Below the pieces are notes generated by a model. It saw only the letters and a program-made list of their open reading frames with translations. It was not told the DNA's origin and did not search any database. A DNA stretch of 64,000 nucleotides from Clostridiales bacterium. GTDB lineage: Bacteria > Bacillota > Clostridia > Saccharofermentanales > Saccharofermentanaceae. A program made the translations under genes and the position numbers. Shown piece by piece: positions 9,893 through 21,061 of this stretch (the stretch's first letter is position 1; each line of letters starts with the position of its first letter). The stretch spans positions 85,772 to 149,771 of the forward strand of contig JAFWDK010000009.1 in the NCBI GenBank assembly GCA_017513085.1, written 5' to 3'.

Positions 9893-12556
9893 ATGAGTGA
9901 ACGTGCACAAAAGAAAGAATCTACTAAGAAGGTAGTAAAGAAATCCACAGCAAAGACTACTGCAAAGACAGCTGCTGCAAAGACTTCGGCCAAAACGGTT
10001 GTGAAGAAGGCTCCTGCAAAAGCTTCTCCGAAAGCAGAAGTGAAGACTGCTAAAGCTTCTTCCAAGGCTTCTGTAAAGAAGAGCGTAGCGAAGAGACCGG
10101 CGGTAAAGAAGACGGAAAGCGTGAAAAAACCTGCCGTTTCCGGAAAGACTCTGACTGTGGATCCGGCTAAAGTACATAACATTTCTGCCCAGGAACTTCA
10201 TGATATGGTTGCTTTCCAGGTGAAGGCATGCTCCGGTAAGAGTGCGGATAAGGGAACCGCAAGAGATTACTGGCTGGCTTTATCCAGAACGATCGTGGAG
10301 ATCATGGCTGATGATTGGGAGAAAACACGTGAGAAGTACGCAAAAGTACGTCAGGCTCACTATTTCTCCGCGGAATTCCTGGTTGGCCGTTCGATGCTGA
10401 ACAATCTTGTTAACCTGGGTATTTACGAGCAGGCAGTAGAAGCCATGAAGGGCTTCGGCATCAACCTGACTGACCTCCTCGAAGAAGAGACTGACGCGGC
10501 GCTGGGTAACGGCGGACTCGGTCGTTTGGCTGCATGTTTCCTGGATTCCTGCGCGACTTTGGATCTTCCGGTTACCGGATACGGCATCCTGTACCGCTAT
10601 GGTCTGTTCCGCCAGACATTTGAGAACGGTTTCCAGAGAGAACATCCGGATTCCTGGATGGAAAACGGCTATCCGTTTGTTATTCCGAGATATGAGGATA
10701 AGGTCCGCGTACATTTTAACGACTTTGACGTATGGGCGATCCCGTGCGACATGCCGATTACCGGCTATAACACACATAATGTGAACCGTCTGCGCCTTTG
10801 GAAGTGCGAACCGGCTCAGGAGTTTGACTTCAATCTTTTCAATTCCCAGCGTTTCGATGACGCGGTAATTGAGAGAAACCGCGTAAACGATATCTATAGA
10901 GTGCTTTATCCGAACGACACATCTTACGATGGTAAGGTGCTTCGTGTCCGTCAGCAGTATTTCTTCGTATCTGCTTCACTTCAGGATATCGTTAGAAGTT
11001 ATAAGGCAGTGCATGGAAATGATTTCAGCAAGTTTGCCGAGCTTAACAGCATCCAGTTGAATGATACCCACCCGGTTATCGGTATTCCGGAACTGATGCG
11101 TATCCTCGTCGATGAGAATGGCGTGAAGTGGGAAGATGCATGGGAAATCGTCAGACATACATTTGCATATACGAACCATACTATTATGGCAGAAGCTCTG
11201 GAAAAGTGGGATTGCAATATCTTCCGTTTCCTGTTCCCGAGAATCTTCGAGATCGTCGAGGGCATCAACAACCAGCAGAGAGCCCAGTTCTTCGAGAAAG
11301 GCATGTATTCCGAACTCGTTGACCGTCTGTCGATCCTTTCCGATGGTAAGGTGCAGATGGCTTGGATGGCCATTTATGGTTCTTACTCCGTAAACGGCGT
11401 TGCGGCGCTGCATACCGAGATCCTTAAGAGAGATACTCTCAAAGAATGGTATGAGATCTATCCGGAGAAGTTCTCTAACAAGACCAATGGTGTTACTCCG
11501 AGAAGATGGCTCCGTGTCTGCGACCAGGATCTGGCTGCATTGATCACTGACCTTCTTGGCAACGAGGACTGGGTCACCGATCTCGATCAGCTCAAGAAAC
11601 TCGAGAAGTATGCGAACGATAAGAAGGTTATGGAGCGTTTCCTGAAGGTAAAGCGTGCAAACAAGGTAGCGCTTTGCAATCACCTGGAGAAGACGAAGGG
11701 TATCAAGGTCAATCCGGATTCCATCTTCGACGTACAGATCAAGCGTCTGCATGAGTACAAAAGACAGCTTCTGAATGCAATCTATGCACTGAACCTCTAC
11801 GATCGTATTAAGGAGAACCCGAAGCTTGATATGCCGCCGGTAACGGTATTCTTCGGTGCAAAGGCTGCTCCCGGATACTTCCGCGCGAAGGCAATCATCA
11901 AGTTCATCAACGAGATTGCAAAGATGATCGACAACGATCCGGATATGAAGGGCCGTCTGAAGGTCGTATTCATCGAGAACTACAACGTAAGTAACGGTGA
12001 GAAGCTCTTCCCGGCTGCAGATATCTCCGAGCAGATCTCAACAGCAGGTCTGGAAGCTTCTGGTACAGGTAACATGAAGTTCATGATGAACGGTGCGGTT
12101 ACCCTGGGTACATGGGACGGCGCAAACGTAGAAATCGCACAGTCTGTCGGTGATGACAATGTCTACATCTTCGGCTGCCGTGTTGAGGATATGGAAGCCA
12201 CCCGTGCTTACTACAACCCGAAGTGGCAGTATGAGAATATCCCGGGTCTGAAGAAGGTCCTCGACCGTCTTGTCGATGGTACATTCAACGATGAGGGAAC
12301 AGGCATGTTCCAGGATCTGTTCAATGGTTTGATCTACGGCAGCAACTGGCAGCCGGGCGATACCTACTATGTACTCGGTGATTTCGACGATTACAGAAAG
12401 ACCAGAGACCAGGCCTATAAGGACTATGCGAACCGTATGGAATGGGCAAAGAAGTGCTGGATCAATATTTGCAATTCCGGTAAGTTCTCTTCCGATAGAA
12501 CCATCAGCGAATACGCAAAGGGAATCTGGAAGATTAAGGCTGCGAAAATTAAATAA
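9893..12556 (+). CDS. glgP: Glycogen/alpha-glucan phosphorylase with Lys/Ala-rich N-terminal extension
   Basis: LGNGGLGRLAACFLDS, QLNDTHP, KRLHEYKRQ, EASGTGNMKF (PLP lysine). Confidence 0.97.
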   Translation: MSERAQKKESTKKVVKKSTAKTTAKTAAAKTSAKTVVKKAPAKASPKAEVKTAKASSKASVKKSVAKRPAVKKTESVKKPAVSGKTLTVDPAKVHNISAQELHDMVAFQVKACSGKSADKGTARDYWLALSRTIVEIMADDWEKTREKYAKVRQAHYFSAEFLVGRSMLNNLVNLGIYEQAVEAMKGFGINLTDLLEEETDAALGNGGLGRLAACFLDSCATLDLPVTGYGILYRYGLFRQTFENGFQREHPDSWMENGYPFVIPRYEDKVRVHFNDFDVWAIPCDMPITGYNTHNVNRLRLWKCEPAQEFDFNLFNSQRFDDAVIERNRVNDIYRVLYPNDTSYDGKVLRVRQQYFFVSASLQDIVRSYKAVHGNDFSKFAELNSIQLNDTHPVIGIPELMRILVDENGVKWEDAWEIVRHTFAYTNHTIMAEALEKWDCNIFRFLFPRIFEIVEGINNQQRAQFFEKGMYSELVDRLSILSDGKVQMAWMAIYGSYSVNGVAALHTEILKRDTLKEWYEIYPEKFSNKTNGVTPRRWLRVCDQDLAALITDLLGNEDWVTDLDQLKKLEKYANDKKVMERFLKVKRANKVALCNHLEKTKGIKVNPDSIFDVQIKRLHEYKRQLLNAIYALNLYDRIKENPKLDMPPVTVFFGAKAAPGYFRAKAIIKFINEIAKMIDNDPDMKGRLKVVFIENYNVSNGEKLFPAADISEQISTAGLEASGTGNMKFMMNGAVTLGTWDGANVEIAQSVGDDNVYIFGCRVEDMEATRAYYNPKWQYENIPGLKKVLDRLVDGTFNDEGTGMFQDLFNGLIYGSNWQPGDTYYVLGDFDDYRKTRDQAYKDYANRMEWAKKCWINICNSGKFSSDRTISEYAKGIWKIKAAKIK

Positions 12557-12577
12557 TCTTTTCGCGCAAGTTAGATA

Positions 12578-12654
12578 ACGAATAAAAAGAGAGTTTTCTC
12601 GATCTGTCCTCGGGGCAAGCCCTGCGGAGGCTCGGAAAACTCTTTTTTATTCGT
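12578..12654 (+). terminator. Long inverted repeat with an inner GC hairpin after glgP
   Basis: ACGAATAAAAAGAGAGTTTTC ... GAAAACTCTTTTTTATTCGT. Confidence 0.7.
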
Positions 12655-12756
12655 GTTTTAATGCGCGGAAAGATTATTTTTCTCTTGCGTGGAGACGGTG
12701 TGTGATAAAATTATATGCAAAAGCACTTGTTTAAGTGTGTTTCGGAGAAACGTAAT

Positions 12757-14913
12757 ATGGGCAGGATGGCAAGTACAGCAGATACGATCGTTTTTGATGC
12801 GCCGGCGAAGGTGTGGGAAGAGGCGCTCCCGGTTGGAAACGGAAAGCTGGGCGGCATGGTGTTCGGTTTGCCGTATACCGAGCGGATCCAGCTGAACGAG
12901 GATAGTGTCTGGTATGGCGGCCCGCAGGACCGGAATAATCCTTCCGCGCTCGAGAAACTTCCGGAGATCCGCAGGCTGATCTTTGAAGGCAAGATCCGGG
13001 AAGCCGAGGAACTCTGCAGCTTCGCGCTTTGCGGAATCCCGGAGGAGCAGCGCCACTATGAGCCTCTCGGAAATCTCTATATTGAATTTGAAGAAGAATC
13101 GTTAGATTATTCTAACTACCGCCGTGAACTCAATCTTTCCAATGCGGTCGTGACGACGGAACTGACCCGTGACGGCGTGCACTTTACACGGGAAGTGATC
13201 ACCAGTTTCCCACAGAACATTATGGCGATTCATCTAACGGCGGATCAGCCCGGAAAACTGAACTTTCATGCCCAGCTGGGTAGAAGCGGCGGCAAGCCTT
13301 GGGAAGAGCTTCCGTATAAGCATCAGGTCGTGAGAAGACAGTGCTATAACGCCTGCTCTGACAGCATTGCCGCGAAGCCGGGAAATATTCAGCTCATGCT
13401 AGCGACGGCCGGCGGAAACGGCGGAGTGAAGATTGCCTGCGGTGTAAAAGTTATTCCTTTTGGCGGAAAAACGGAAGTGATCGGTAATACGACGCGCATT
13501 TTCGGCGCCGATGAAGCGCTTCTGCTTCTTGCGGCCGATACGACATTCCGCGAAAAAGACCCGGAATCATCTGTACTGGCCCGCATTGAGGCCGCCTCGG
13601 CCTATTCCTGGGAAGAACTGAAAAACGAGCACATCGCCGATTACAGAAATCTTTTTGATCGGGTTTCCCTGAAAATCGACGGGCAGGAGGAGATCGAGCG
13701 TTTCTTCCAATATGGCCGTTACCTGCTGATCGCCTCTTCGCGACCGGGTTCGCTTCCTTCGAATCTCCAAGGCATCTGGAATCAGGATCTTCTGCCGATG
13801 TGGGGAAGCAAATTCACGATCAACATCAACACGGAGATGAACTACTGGCCGGCGCTGGTAACGAATCTCACCGAATGCCAGAAACCCTTGATCACCCATC
13901 TTGACCGTATCCGCGAAAACGGCCGCGTGACAGCGAAGAAAATGTACGGCTGCGGCGGATTCATGGCGCATCACAACACCGATATCTGGGGTGACACGGC
14001 CCCGCAGGACATCTGCATGAGCGCGACCTTCTGGGTCATGGGCGGCGCATGGCTGTCCCTGCACATCTGGGAACAATATCTTTTCACGCAGGACCTTTCC
14101 TTCCTTCGCGAGAAGTACCCGATCATGCGTGATGCCGCCATCTTTATCATGGACTACCTCGTTCCGGACGGTGAATATCTGGTGACCTGCCCGACGCTGT
14201 CCCCGGAAAACACCTACATCCTCCCGAACGGGGAGAAGGGTGTGATCTGTAAAGGCGCATCCATGGATAACCAGATCATCACAGAGCTCCTTTCTGCCTG
14301 CATTTCCGCGGAAAAAGCACTTGCCACCGGTCCTTCGGATGGTATTTCGGAGCGTGCGGAACAGGTCCTTTCCAAAATCGCGCCGATCCGTATCGGCAAA
14401 TACGGACAGATCATGGAGTGGAATGAGGACTACGAAGAACTGGAGCCGGGACACCGCCATATCTCCCAGCTGTTTGCACTCTATCCGGGATCCCAGATCA
14501 CGGAAGAAAAAACACCGGAACTGATGGAAGCGGCGAGAGCTACGCTGAAGCGGCGCCTATCGTCCGGAGGCGGCCATTCAGGCTGGAGCCGTGCCTGGAT
14601 CATTAACATGTATGCGAGATTAGGAGAAGGGAATAAAGCGTATGAAAACCTTTGTACGCTGATTGAGAAACAAACTCTTCCGAATCTTTTCGATAACCAT
14701 CCGCCGTTCCAGATCGATGGAAACTTCGGTGCCACATCCGGTATTGCCGAGATGCTGGTACAAAGCCATGAAGAGGAGGTCCGCCTTCTTCCTGCACTTC
14801 CGGATGCCTGGAAAGCACACGGCGTCGTGAAGGGCTTGCGGCTTCGCGGCGGGAAAACACTGGAATGTCTGGAATGGAAAGACGGTAAGGTTCTTCGCGC
14901 GGAGATCCGATAG
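12757..14913 (+). CDS. Glycoside hydrolase family 95 (alpha-L-fucosidase/L-galactosidase), cytoplasmic
   Basis: [50 protein letters not shown]. Confidence 0.95.
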   Translation: MGRMASTADTIVFDAPAKVWEEALPVGNGKLGGMVFGLPYTERIQLNEDSVWYGGPQDRNNPSALEKLPEIRRLIFEGKIREAEELCSFALCGIPEEQRHYEPLGNLYIEFEEESLDYSNYRRELNLSNAVVTTELTRDGVHFTREVITSFPQNIMAIHLTADQPGKLNFHAQLGRSGGKPWEELPYKHQVVRRQCYNACSDSIAAKPGNIQLMLATAGGNGGVKIACGVKVIPFGGKTEVIGNTTRIFGADEALLLLAADTTFREKDPESSVLARIEAASAYSWEELKNEHIADYRNLFDRVSLKIDGQEEIERFFQYGRYLLIASSRPGSLPSNLQGIWNQDLLPMWGSKFTININTEMNYWPALVTNLTECQKPLITHLDRIRENGRVTAKKMYGCGGFMAHHNTDIWGDTAPQDICMSATFWVMGGAWLSLHIWEQYLFTQDLSFLREKYPIMRDAAIFIMDYLVPDGEYLVTCPTLSPENTYILPNGEKGVICKGASMDNQIITELLSACISAEKALATGPSDGISERAEQVLSKIAPIRIGKYGQIMEWNEDYEELEPGHRHISQLFALYPGSQITEEKTPELMEAARATLKRRLSSGGGHSGWSRAWIINMYARLGEGNKAYENLCTLIEKQTLPNLFDNHPPFQIDGNFGATSGIAEMLVQSHEEEVRLLPALPDAWKAHGVVKGLRLRGGKTLECLEWKDGKVLRAEIR

Positions 14914-14944
14914 AGGGGAACAGACGAGTCAGTATGAACAAGAA

Positions 14945-14981
14945 AAGTGCGTTGCCTCAAAGAAAATGAGACAACGCACTT
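14945..14981. terminator. Bidirectional terminator hairpin between convergent genes
   Basis: AAGTGCGTTGCCTCA ... TGAGACAACGCACTT. Confidence 0.7.
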
Positions 14982-15011
14982 ATTATATGTGTCACGCGTT
15001 TCGGAATGTGA

Positions 15012-17312
15012 TCAGCGGTTAATGCCGTAACGTGCACAGATTTCGGTAAATTCCGTCGACTGGGCAAACGACATAAGTACATCGTGACGGGACTTTCCGT
15101 TCTTCATTTGGCCAAGCCAGAAGCTCATTCCATCCTCATCCGGCTGTCTGTCCATGAAGGTGGTGTACAGTCTTGTGAGATAATCCTCATCTGTAGTGTT
15201 AAACCCGATGAATTCTGCTGACTCGAAGAAATACAACGCCGCGCTTGTACCTGTCTGTTCCAGATTGGTAAGAGCAAGACCCCAGAAACCTAATCCGTCT
15301 GTGTCAGGCTCTCTTTTCATACAGCAGGTGAAGAGACGGGTCGCAAACTTGACCGCATTGTTGGATGCAATCTCGGATTTCGCTGTAGGTGCTCCGGATT
15401 TTACCCCGTAGCCGGCGCAGATATTGCACCACTCTGTCGAATCGATAAAACTACGGATGACTTGTTCTCTGGAAACTCCCTTATTCAGTTGGCTAAGCCA
15501 GAATGTTCTTCCTTCATCGTCAGGCTCGCGGTTAAAGAAGACGGGATAAAGTATATCGAGAAGTGCACCGTCACTCATTTTCTTGTTGGTAAATTCTTCT
15601 CCTAGAAGGAAGAATAGTCCACAGTCTGCACCGGTCTTTTGTCCGCTTTTGATTGCGTCGACCCAGTATTTCTTTCCGGCTTCCTCGGAAAGACGTCCCA
15701 GCGCGTCATTATAAAGACGCTCGATGAAATCCGCGATATCACCGGAAGCGGTGCCTACGATCTTTGTTTTTTCATCATAGATGAACGTGCCTGATACTTC
15801 TATGCCGGGTTTGTAAGGAACCCAGCCGATATATATATATTTTTTCTCGTCAGGATCATATTCCGGATCATATCTTCTGATGAGTTCCTGTATACACGTA
15901 AGCTGGCTGATATCCAGTTTGTCTATATTGGTTCTCTCGCATTCCAAAGTATGAATATACGGATTTCTGCCCAGCTTCAGAGAGGAAATCGCGTTGCCTT
16001 TCACTCGCAGTATTTCAAGAAGCGGGCAAGAGGATACGTCCAAAGAAGAAAGCTTGTTATCGGAAAAATCGATGCAGTCCAGCTTCGTATTTTTCGTTAC
16101 ATCTGCTTTCGTGATCTGGTTATCGTAAGCGATGATTGCTTTCAATTCCGGGCAGTTCGAGGTATCCAGTTTAGAAAGTAAATTGTTGTCACAATAAAAC
16201 TCTTCTAGGGCAGTACAAGAAGAAAGATCAAGTTCCAAAATATGATTGGATGAGCAGTCAAAATGCTGAAGCATGGATGTTTTGTTAAGTTTCAGTACGG
16301 ACAGTGAATTGCTCTCGCAGGAAAGCTTTTCCAGTTTCGGAGCATCACCGATCGTTAATGTTACCAAACTGTTATTTTCACAGTGGAGTTCACGCAGATT
16401 CGGAGCATCCACCTCCAGTTCCGAAAGACCGTTATAGAGAACGGAAACAATTTCCAGATCCGGACAATGGCTCAGATCGATTTTGGTTAGTTCGTTCATG
16501 TAGGCCACCACATTCTTCAGTTTGTGCAGATCGCTTGTCTCGAGTATCTTGATTTCATTCTTGCCGCAGTACAGTTCAACAAGATTTGTGTTTTTACTGA
16601 TATCAAGTGTTTGCATACTGCTGCCGGTGCAATCCAGGATTTCCAGATCCGGGCAGTTAGAAAGATCCAGAGAGGTGATCTGGTTTTTGCAAGGGTTCTC
16701 CGGTCCGAATTTCGGTTCTATTTCGTGATCGTAGTCATAATCACTGCAGGTGAGTGTACGAAGCTTAGTATTGTTCGAAACATCGAGAGAACGAAGATCG
16801 TCCGCACAGCATGTTAATACCTCTAGATCGGAAAGATTACCGGTATTTATGGATTTGATCAGATTACAGTCAAACCGAAGTGTCTTGAGAGCCGGGCAGG
16901 AGGAAACGTCCAGCTTGGTAAGGCGGTTATACGAGCAGTCCAGAACCTCGAGCTTTGTATTTCCCGAAAGGTCGATTTTTGTCAAAAGGTTGTCGAGACA
17001 ATCTAATTCTTTGAGTGAAGTAAAAAACTCGATTCCTTTTAGATCCTCTACACCTACAGAACGGATCTTGATCGACTTGACTGCATCGATCTCAGCTTGT
17101 GAAAACTCTCTGTTTTGATCTGTGTCGAATTGGGCTACGAATTTCCGGAAGATCTTGTCCGGGAAATTGTTCTCGTTAATGGCGATCGTCTGTTCCTGCT
17201 CCGATACGGTTTCTTCGCTTGCTGCCAGCACGTCACCCGAAAATAGTTTTCCGGCTACAGGCGTGGTGAAACAGGCGGCCGCAATCAAACACGCGATAAT
17301 TGCTTTTTTCAT
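15012..17312 (-). CDS. Secreted leucine-rich-repeat surface protein with C-terminal DUF4214 repeats
   Basis: Signal peptide; NFPDKIFR cap; many LxxLxCxxNxLxxLD repeats; FIERLYNDALGR...G..YW repeats. Confidence 0.88.
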   Translation of the reverse strand: MKKAIIACLIAAACFTTPVAGKLFSGDVLAASEETVSEQEQTIAINENNFPDKIFRKFVAQFDTDQNREFSQAEIDAVKSIKIRSVGVEDLKGIEFFTSLKELDCLDNLLTKIDLSGNTKLEVLDCSYNRLTKLDVSSCPALKTLRFDCNLIKSINTGNLSDLEVLTCCADDLRSLDVSNNTKLRTLTCSDYDYDHEIEPKFGPENPCKNQITSLDLSNCPDLEILDCTGSSMQTLDISKNTNLVELYCGKNEIKILETSDLHKLKNVVAYMNELTKIDLSHCPDLEIVSVLYNGLSELEVDAPNLRELHCENNSLVTLTIGDAPKLEKLSCESNSLSVLKLNKTSMLQHFDCSSNHILELDLSSCTALEEFYCDNNLLSKLDTSNCPELKAIIAYDNQITKADVTKNTKLDCIDFSDNKLSSLDVSSCPLLEILRVKGNAISSLKLGRNPYIHTLECERTNIDKLDISQLTCIQELIRRYDPEYDPDEKKYIYIGWVPYKPGIEVSGTFIYDEKTKIVGTASGDIADFIERLYNDALGRLSEEAGKKYWVDAIKSGQKTGADCGLFFLLGEEFTNKKMSDGALLDILYPVFFNREPDDEGRTFWLSQLNKGVSREQVIRSFIDSTEWCNICAGYGVKSGAPTAKSEIASNNAVKFATRLFTCCMKREPDTDGLGFWGLALTNLEQTGTSAALYFFESAEFIGFNTTDEDYLTRLYTTFMDRQPDEDGMSFWLGQMKNGKSRHDVLMSFAQSTEFTEICARYGINR

Positions 17313-17606
17313 AATATCTGTCTCCTTTTATTTCTGTCCTCCACTATATGTCGATAAAATAATAATTAATTGATTATTCCCGAAAGTGACAAAATAGTTA
17401 TATTTTTATGTTTCTCAAAAAAGAAGACCATTAAATAAGTATAGAAGTAATGATTGTGTTATGCCGCGCTTGGCGAACGGAAGGATATGGCATTTCGTTT
17501 GTATCTTTGATACTATAAAGATGTTGTGGGCAACTGCAATAATATGAGGTGATCCGGATAGAAAGAGCAGGGGAGTTTCTTCATTTCCGGAAGTTAGGGG
17601 TATTAT

Positions 17607-19154
17607 ATGTCAGGAACAACTATTGTGATCCTGATTGCGATCGTCATCTATCTTTGTATGATGGTTGTGATCGGTGCGGTTTTCAGCAAGAAAAACAAGA
17701 ACACGGACGATTTCTACCTTGGCGGCAGAAAGCTCGGACCAATCGTTACGGCAATGAGTGCCGAGGCGTCGGATATGAGCTCCTGGCTCCTGATGGGTCT
17801 TCCTGCAGTCGCCCTGATGACGGGTGTTGCGGAAGCGTTCTGGACAGCACTGGGACTTGCGGTCGGTACGTATCTGAACTGGCTTTTCGTAGCCAAACGC
17901 CTCCGTGTGTATACCAGCAAGATCGATGCAGTGACGCTTCCGGACTTTTTCGCAAAGCGTTTCGGAGACGACAAGCATATCATTACCTTGATTGCCGCAC
18001 TCTTTATTGTGGTGTTCTTCATCCCGTATACTGCTTCTGGTTTTGCCGCCTGCGGCAAACTTTTCTCTTCGCTTTTTAATGTGCAGTATGAAGTGGCCAT
18101 GATCCTTTCGGCCATCGTTATCGTAGTGTATTGCACGCTCGGCGGATTCCTTGCCGCTTCCACGACAGACTTCATCCAGGCAATCATCATGACGATCGCA
18201 CTCTTCGTTGTTGTCTTCGCCGGAGTCGGTGTCATGAACGGATTCGGCACTATCTTCGATAACGTCAGCAATTTCGACGGCTACATGGATGTATTTAAAG
18301 GCTATGACGTCGCGTCAAAGACGACGGGAAGCTATGGTGCGCTGCCGGTTGCTTCGACACTGGCCTGGGGTCTCGGTTACTTCGGAATGCCGCACATTCT
18401 CCTTCGTTTCATGGCCATCGAGGATAAGAAGAAACTGAAAACTTCGCGCCGTGTGGCTTCCGTCTGGGTTGTGATCTCTATGGGCGTTGCGATCCTGATC
18501 GGTATCATCGGCTACTCTCTCATGAAAGAAGCGATCGTTCCGACCTATGCCAATGCATCTGCTGCCGAAACGATCATTGTAGATGTGGCGAAGTGGATCG
18601 CTTCCCACGGATATGTTCCTGCCTTTATTGGCGGCGTGATCCTGGCCGGTATCCTCGCTTCCACCATGTCTACCGCGGACTCGCAGCTCCTTGCCGCGGC
18701 ATCTTCCGTTTCCCAGAATCTTGTCCAGGAAACATTCAAGAAGAAGCTCTCCGAAAAGAAGGGCATGATCCTGGCGCGTGTCTGTGTATTTGTGATCTCC
18801 GTGATTGCGGTATTCCTGGCTCTCGACCCGAGCAGCTCCGTATTCCGTATCGTATCCTTCGCATGGGCAGGCTTCGGCGCCGTCTTCGGACCGATGGTGC
18901 TTTTCGGACTGTTCTGGAAGAGAATGACCAAGTGGGGTGCAATCGCCGGCATGATCACCGGTGGTGCCACGATCTTTATCTGGAAATTCGTCGTACGTGA
19001 AGTCTTCGCAGATACGATCCTGAATATCTATGAGCTTTTGCCGGCATTCATCGTCGCCAGCATTTTCATTGTGATCATAAGTCTCGTTACAAAAGCACCG
19101 GATGAGAAGGTCACGAAAGCCTTTGATGAAGTGAAAGCAGAATGTAAGGGCTGA
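17607..19154 (+). CDS. putP: Sodium/proline symporter
   Basis: SAEASDMSSWLLMGLP, LAWGLGYFGMPHILLRFMA, AWAGFGA. Confidence 0.92.
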   Translation: MSGTTIVILIAIVIYLCMMVVIGAVFSKKNKNTDDFYLGGRKLGPIVTAMSAEASDMSSWLLMGLPAVALMTGVAEAFWTALGLAVGTYLNWLFVAKRLRVYTSKIDAVTLPDFFAKRFGDDKHIITLIAALFIVVFFIPYTASGFAACGKLFSSLFNVQYEVAMILSAIVIVVYCTLGGFLAASTTDFIQAIIMTIALFVVVFAGVGVMNGFGTIFDNVSNFDGYMDVFKGYDVASKTTGSYGALPVASTLAWGLGYFGMPHILLRFMAIEDKKKLKTSRRVASVWVVISMGVAILIGIIGYSLMKEAIVPTYANASAAETIIVDVAKWIASHGYVPAFIGGVILAGILASTMSTADSQLLAAASSVSQNLVQETFKKKLSEKKGMILARVCVFVISVIAVFLALDPSSSVFRIVSFAWAGFGAVFGPMVLFGLFWKRMTKWGAIAGMITGGATIFIWKFVVREVFADTILNIYELLPAFIVASIFIVIISLVTKAPDEKVTKAFDEVKAECKG

Positions 19155-19168
19155 TCTTGAAAAAATAC

Positions 19169-19204
19169 CGGGACGGTTTCAGACGAAGCCGTCCCGTTTT
19201 TTTT
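19169..19204 (+). terminator. Rho-independent terminator
   Basis: CGGGACGGTTTC-AGAC-GAAGCCGTCCCG followed by T8. Confidence 0.85.
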
Positions 19205-19209
19205 GTGTC

Positions 19210-20814
19210 TTAAGTCTCTTCGGAATCGGGGATTTCTTGCGCGAGCCGGAAATTCCCGGTCAGCGGGTCTCTGTATTTCATGTCAAAAAGCTCTTTGGCC
19301 GGTACTTGTTTGACAAAATCCGGTTTGCTTTTCGGGTTTTCTCTGAGATAGTAGTCCATCGTCAGCGCTTCTAAGATCTCTTCGCAGTCCAAAGTGGTCT
19401 TTTCGTTGGCAAAGGCAATGAGGATCTCGTACTTCTTGGAACGGGCCGGGGGAGCCACGAAATAGTTTTTCTCCACGTAATAATCGGCCAGTGCAGAAAA
19501 GAGATCGTACGGCGAGTCAAATGCCGAGATCAGGTAAGGCAAAGCTTTGGTGAACTGGTTACTGTTATAGTAGATCTCTACCATTTCCGCGACTTGCTTC
19601 AGATGCTGCAGTTCTTCAAACTTGAGCCATCGGGTGGCCAGCACTTCATAAGGCGCAGTATCGGAGTAGAGGATTCCGTACTTTTCGCAATCTTTTTCGA
19701 TAGGAGACCCCTTCAGAACTTTCAGAAAGCCTAGCTGCAGCTGGGTCGGTTCCATGGCATACACGTCATTAAAGGAGTTGCGGAAACTGCGCAGCCCTTC
19801 GTAAGGAAGACCGGCGATCAGGTCAAGATGAATATGCACATTATGCGCTTTGGTCAGTTCTTTGACCACTTCGGTAAGTTTGTGAAGTGAAAGGGACCGG
19901 TTCACAGCGATCAGAGCATCCTGATTAGTGGTCTGCACTCCGATTTCGAGCTGGATCAGACCGGGACGCATCTTCCGGAGAAGATCGATCTCATCTTTAT
20001 CCATTAATTCTCCGGCAATCTCAAAATGGAAGTTTGTCTTGCCGTTATCGTGTTCGAGAATATAGTTCCAGATCGCTTTGGTACGATTCTTATCGGCATT
20101 GAACGTACGGTCGATGAACTTGACTTGCGGCACTTCCTGATCCAGGAAGAACTGAAGTTCCCGGAATACAAAAGGAAGACTCCGGAACCGGGTAGTCTTA
20201 TCAAGTGAAGACAGGCAGTAACTGCAACGGAAAGGACATCCGCGGGAGGATTCATAGTAGACGATCCGGTTTTCAAAAGAAGACATGCCGTCTTCGTAAA
20301 TAAACGGCAGAGCATCCATATCCACAAGTGAATGGTCGATCACTTCTTTGCGCTCACGAAGTGCCAGATTCGGAATGTCGGAAAAATCAGGTTCGATCTT
20401 TTCGTCGCCGGATCGGCTTTGGGCACTTACATAAGATCCGATGATACGGGTAAAGGAGGTTTCGCCTTCGCCGACGATGATCCCTCGCACTTTCGGGCAA
20501 AGATCGAAATACTCTTCATAGTTATACGAAACTTCCGGCCCACCCAGCCAGATATCTGTATCCGGCAGGATCTTCGGTAATTCCCGCAAAAGTTTTTTCA
20601 CTTCTTCGATATTCCAGATATAGGTCGAGATGCCGATTGCATCCGGATGCTGGGAAAAGATGCCGGAAAGGATATGGTCAAAATGGTGGTTGATCGTGTA
20701 TTCGGAAACACTCACGACGCCCGGATAGACTCGATCGGCAAATCCCTGAAGAGAGTATACCGCCGGGTTAGAGTGGATGTATTTTGCATTTATGGCAACC
20801 AGTAGGAAATTCAT
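19210..20814 (-). CDS. B12-binding-domain radical SAM protein (DUF4080 type)
   Basis: AINAKYIHSN, LGGPEVS, YYESSRGCPFRCSYC. Confidence 0.9.
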   Translation of the reverse strand: MNFLLVAINAKYIHSNPAVYSLQGFADRVYPGVVSVSEYTINHHFDHILSGIFSQHPDAIGISTYIWNIEEVKKLLRELPKILPDTDIWLGGPEVSYNYEEYFDLCPKVRGIIVGEGETSFTRIIGSYVSAQSRSGDEKIEPDFSDIPNLALRERKEVIDHSLVDMDALPFIYEDGMSSFENRIVYYESSRGCPFRCSYCLSSLDKTTRFRSLPFVFRELQFFLDQEVPQVKFIDRTFNADKNRTKAIWNYILEHDNGKTNFHFEIAGELMDKDEIDLLRKMRPGLIQLEIGVQTTNQDALIAVNRSLSLHKLTEVVKELTKAHNVHIHLDLIAGLPYEGLRSFRNSFNDVYAMEPTQLQLGFLKVLKGSPIEKDCEKYGILYSDTAPYEVLATRWLKFEELQHLKQVAEMVEIYYNSNQFTKALPYLISAFDSPYDLFSALADYYVEKNYFVAPPARSKKYEILIAFANEKTTLDCEEILEALTMDYYLRENPKSKPDFVKQVPAKELFDMKYRDPLTGNFRLAQEIPDSEET

Positions 20815-21061
20815 AGTCTCACCTCCTGCTTAACATACTTCTATTATACGACGTACAGGCAACTGCGGATGAAGCGAAAAGTGAACATATCATAAATTCT
20901 ACGGTAATTTTGCTATTTGCGCGTTTTAGGTGACGGCAGGAGGTAAGATTCATTGCTTTGAAACGCAAAAAAGTATGATACAATTAAAACGTGCTTGGGA
21001 AGGGGAAAAGTATTTGCCGTTGTCTTTTCGCACGAATACTTTTTGAGGGGGAGTATGAATC

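Noticed and set aside
15829-15846. AT dinucleotide run followed by a T tract in the LRR gene as a phase-variation site
   Set aside because: Short and in frame (KKYIYI); no evidence of slippage
17313-17606. Possible T-box or Na+ riboswitch leader of putP
   Set aside because: No T-box AAGGTGGNACC or other recognisable aptamer consensus
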